A stretch of 33,827 nt of DNA from the IMG/VR virus record IMGVR_UViG_2758568661_000004. One strand, written 5' to 3'. This DNA comes from a virus (Duplodnaviria > Heunggongvirae > Uroviricota > Caudoviricetes). Below the pieces are notes generated by a model. It made no database searches. It saw only the letters and a program-made list of their open reading frames with translations, and was not told the DNA's origin. The position numbers and the translations under genes were made by a program. How positions within the stretch are numbered: the stretch's first letter is position 1; each line of letters opens with the position of its first letter. Below, piece by piece: positions 33,263 to 33,827 of the stretch.

Positions 33263-33577
33263 TTAGTCGATCTTGTCGGCGTTGAAGTAGTCACCGATCT
33301 TGTACTGCTCGTAGGTGTCCTCGTCGACGTACGAGTACCCGTTCAGCTCTCCCTGTCGGAGGGTGAACTTCCACCGGTCAGCGACGGTGTGCTCGACCGT
33401 TTCCTTCTGTGCGCAGCCGGCTCCCTGGTTGGGGCTGTCCACGCACTCCTCGGTGGAGTACGTGTAGTGCTTCTCGAACTCCTTCGAGGTGATCGTGCCG
33501 TAGTCGATGGGGGCGCAGCCGGCGAGGACGAGGACAGCTGTGGCTGCGGCGGTGAGGGTGGCGAGGATTCTCTTCAT
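33263..33577 (-). CDS. Small putative lipoprotein (104 aa), probably leaderless
   Basis: MKRILATLTAAATAVLVLAG|C lipobox; ATG 8 nt after the class I motif. Confidence 0.8.
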   Translation of the reverse strand: MKRILATLTAAATAVLVLAGCAPIDYGTITSKEFEKHYTYSTEECVDSPNQGAGCAQKETVEHTVADRWKFTLRQGELNGYSYVDEDTYEQYKIGDYFNADKID

Positions 33578-33585
33578 GTCACTCT

Positions 33586-33595
33586 CATGCGCAGG
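33586..33595 (-). promoter_or_regulatory. Class I motif CCTGCGCATG
   Basis: ACCTGCGCATG-AGAGTGAC-ATG(33577). Confidence 0.8.
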
Positions 33596-33612
33596 TTCAG
33601 GCCGGGGATGCA

Positions 33613-33648
33613 AAAGAACCGGCTCCCGTGATGGGTTGCCGGTTCTTT
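33613..33648 (-). terminator. Intrinsic terminator
   Basis: AAAGAACCGGC...GCCGGTTCTTT with a T-run on the minus strand. Confidence 0.75.
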
Positions 33649-33661
33649 CATGCTTGTGAGG

Positions 33662-33826
33662 TTAGCTGACGAAGGTGTATTTGTTGCGGAAGGTGAGGCC
33701 GTAGATGGTTCCCCTGCCGGAGCCTTCGACCTTCTCCCAGTACACATCGCGGTACGTGCCGTTGTAGGAGGTGACACGCACCTCGGTGCCGTCGGACTTC
33801 CGCTTCCACACCTGACCGGCTTCGAA
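33662..33826 (-). CDS. 3' end of a small hypothetical protein (starts beyond the window)
   Basis: Frame FEAGQVWKRKSDGTEVRVTSYNGTYRDVYWEKVEGSGRGTIYGLTFRNKYTFVS*, followed by a terminator. Confidence 0.65.
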   Translation of the reverse strand, partial: FEAGQVWKRKSDGTEVRVTSYNGTYRDVYWEKVEGSGRGTIYGLTFRNKYTFVS

Positions 33827-33827
33827 G

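Noticed and set aside
258-33595. The dispersed motif as a CRISPR repeat, REP element or restriction/methylation site
   Set aside because: The copies are single, 10-11 nt long, not arrayed and not palindromic beyond GCGC/CATG. Their fixed orientation and distance to genes is not expected for such sites.
4249-33613. Upstream starts given by the ORF track (e.g. 5436, 5945, 2547, 10294, 25328, 27581, 31241, 33613)
   Set aside because: Downstream starts fit better with the RBS, the signal peptides, the lack of overlap and the 8-nt motif spacing.
1-33827. tRNA/rRNA genes, integrase/transposase, or a sigma factor gene for the motifs
   Set aside because: None was recognised by eye; tRNAscan-SE and HMM searches were not run, so absence is tentative.

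Overview
GC-rich window with actinobacterial features (AAAGGA/AGGAGG ribosome-binding sites, hairpin terminators with short or no U-tracts, leaderless starts). It holds about 37 densely packed CDSs, most on the minus strand. There are no chromosomal housekeeping operons, rRNA, recognisable tRNA, CRISPR array, integrase or transposase. The gene set fits the cargo region of a large mobile replicon (megaplasmid/conjugative element or large phage-like element): an HD-domain CCA-type tRNA nucleotidyltransferase, four type IV pilin-like proteins (two fused to RCC1 propellers), two tandem Ig-repeat surface proteins, a membrane-anchored subtilase, an N6-MTase/SNF2 helicase fusion, a UvrD-like helicase, a J-domain membrane protein, a HAD hydrolase, a DUF2637-like protein, an ART-fold-like protein and many small hypothetical proteins. 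The strongest unexplained signal is cis-regulatory. The exact 10-mer CCTGCGCATG occurs 11 times, always just upstream of and co-oriented with a gene, and always followed by 8 nt ending in a pyrimidine and then a purine; in 6 cases that purine is the A of the start ATG. A sister motif, (G/A)CCGCAT(G/A), marks 7 further genes and sits back-to-back with the first motif at all three divergent gene junctions. I infer a dedicated element-specific promoter system with two promoter classes. All motif counts come from manual reading.
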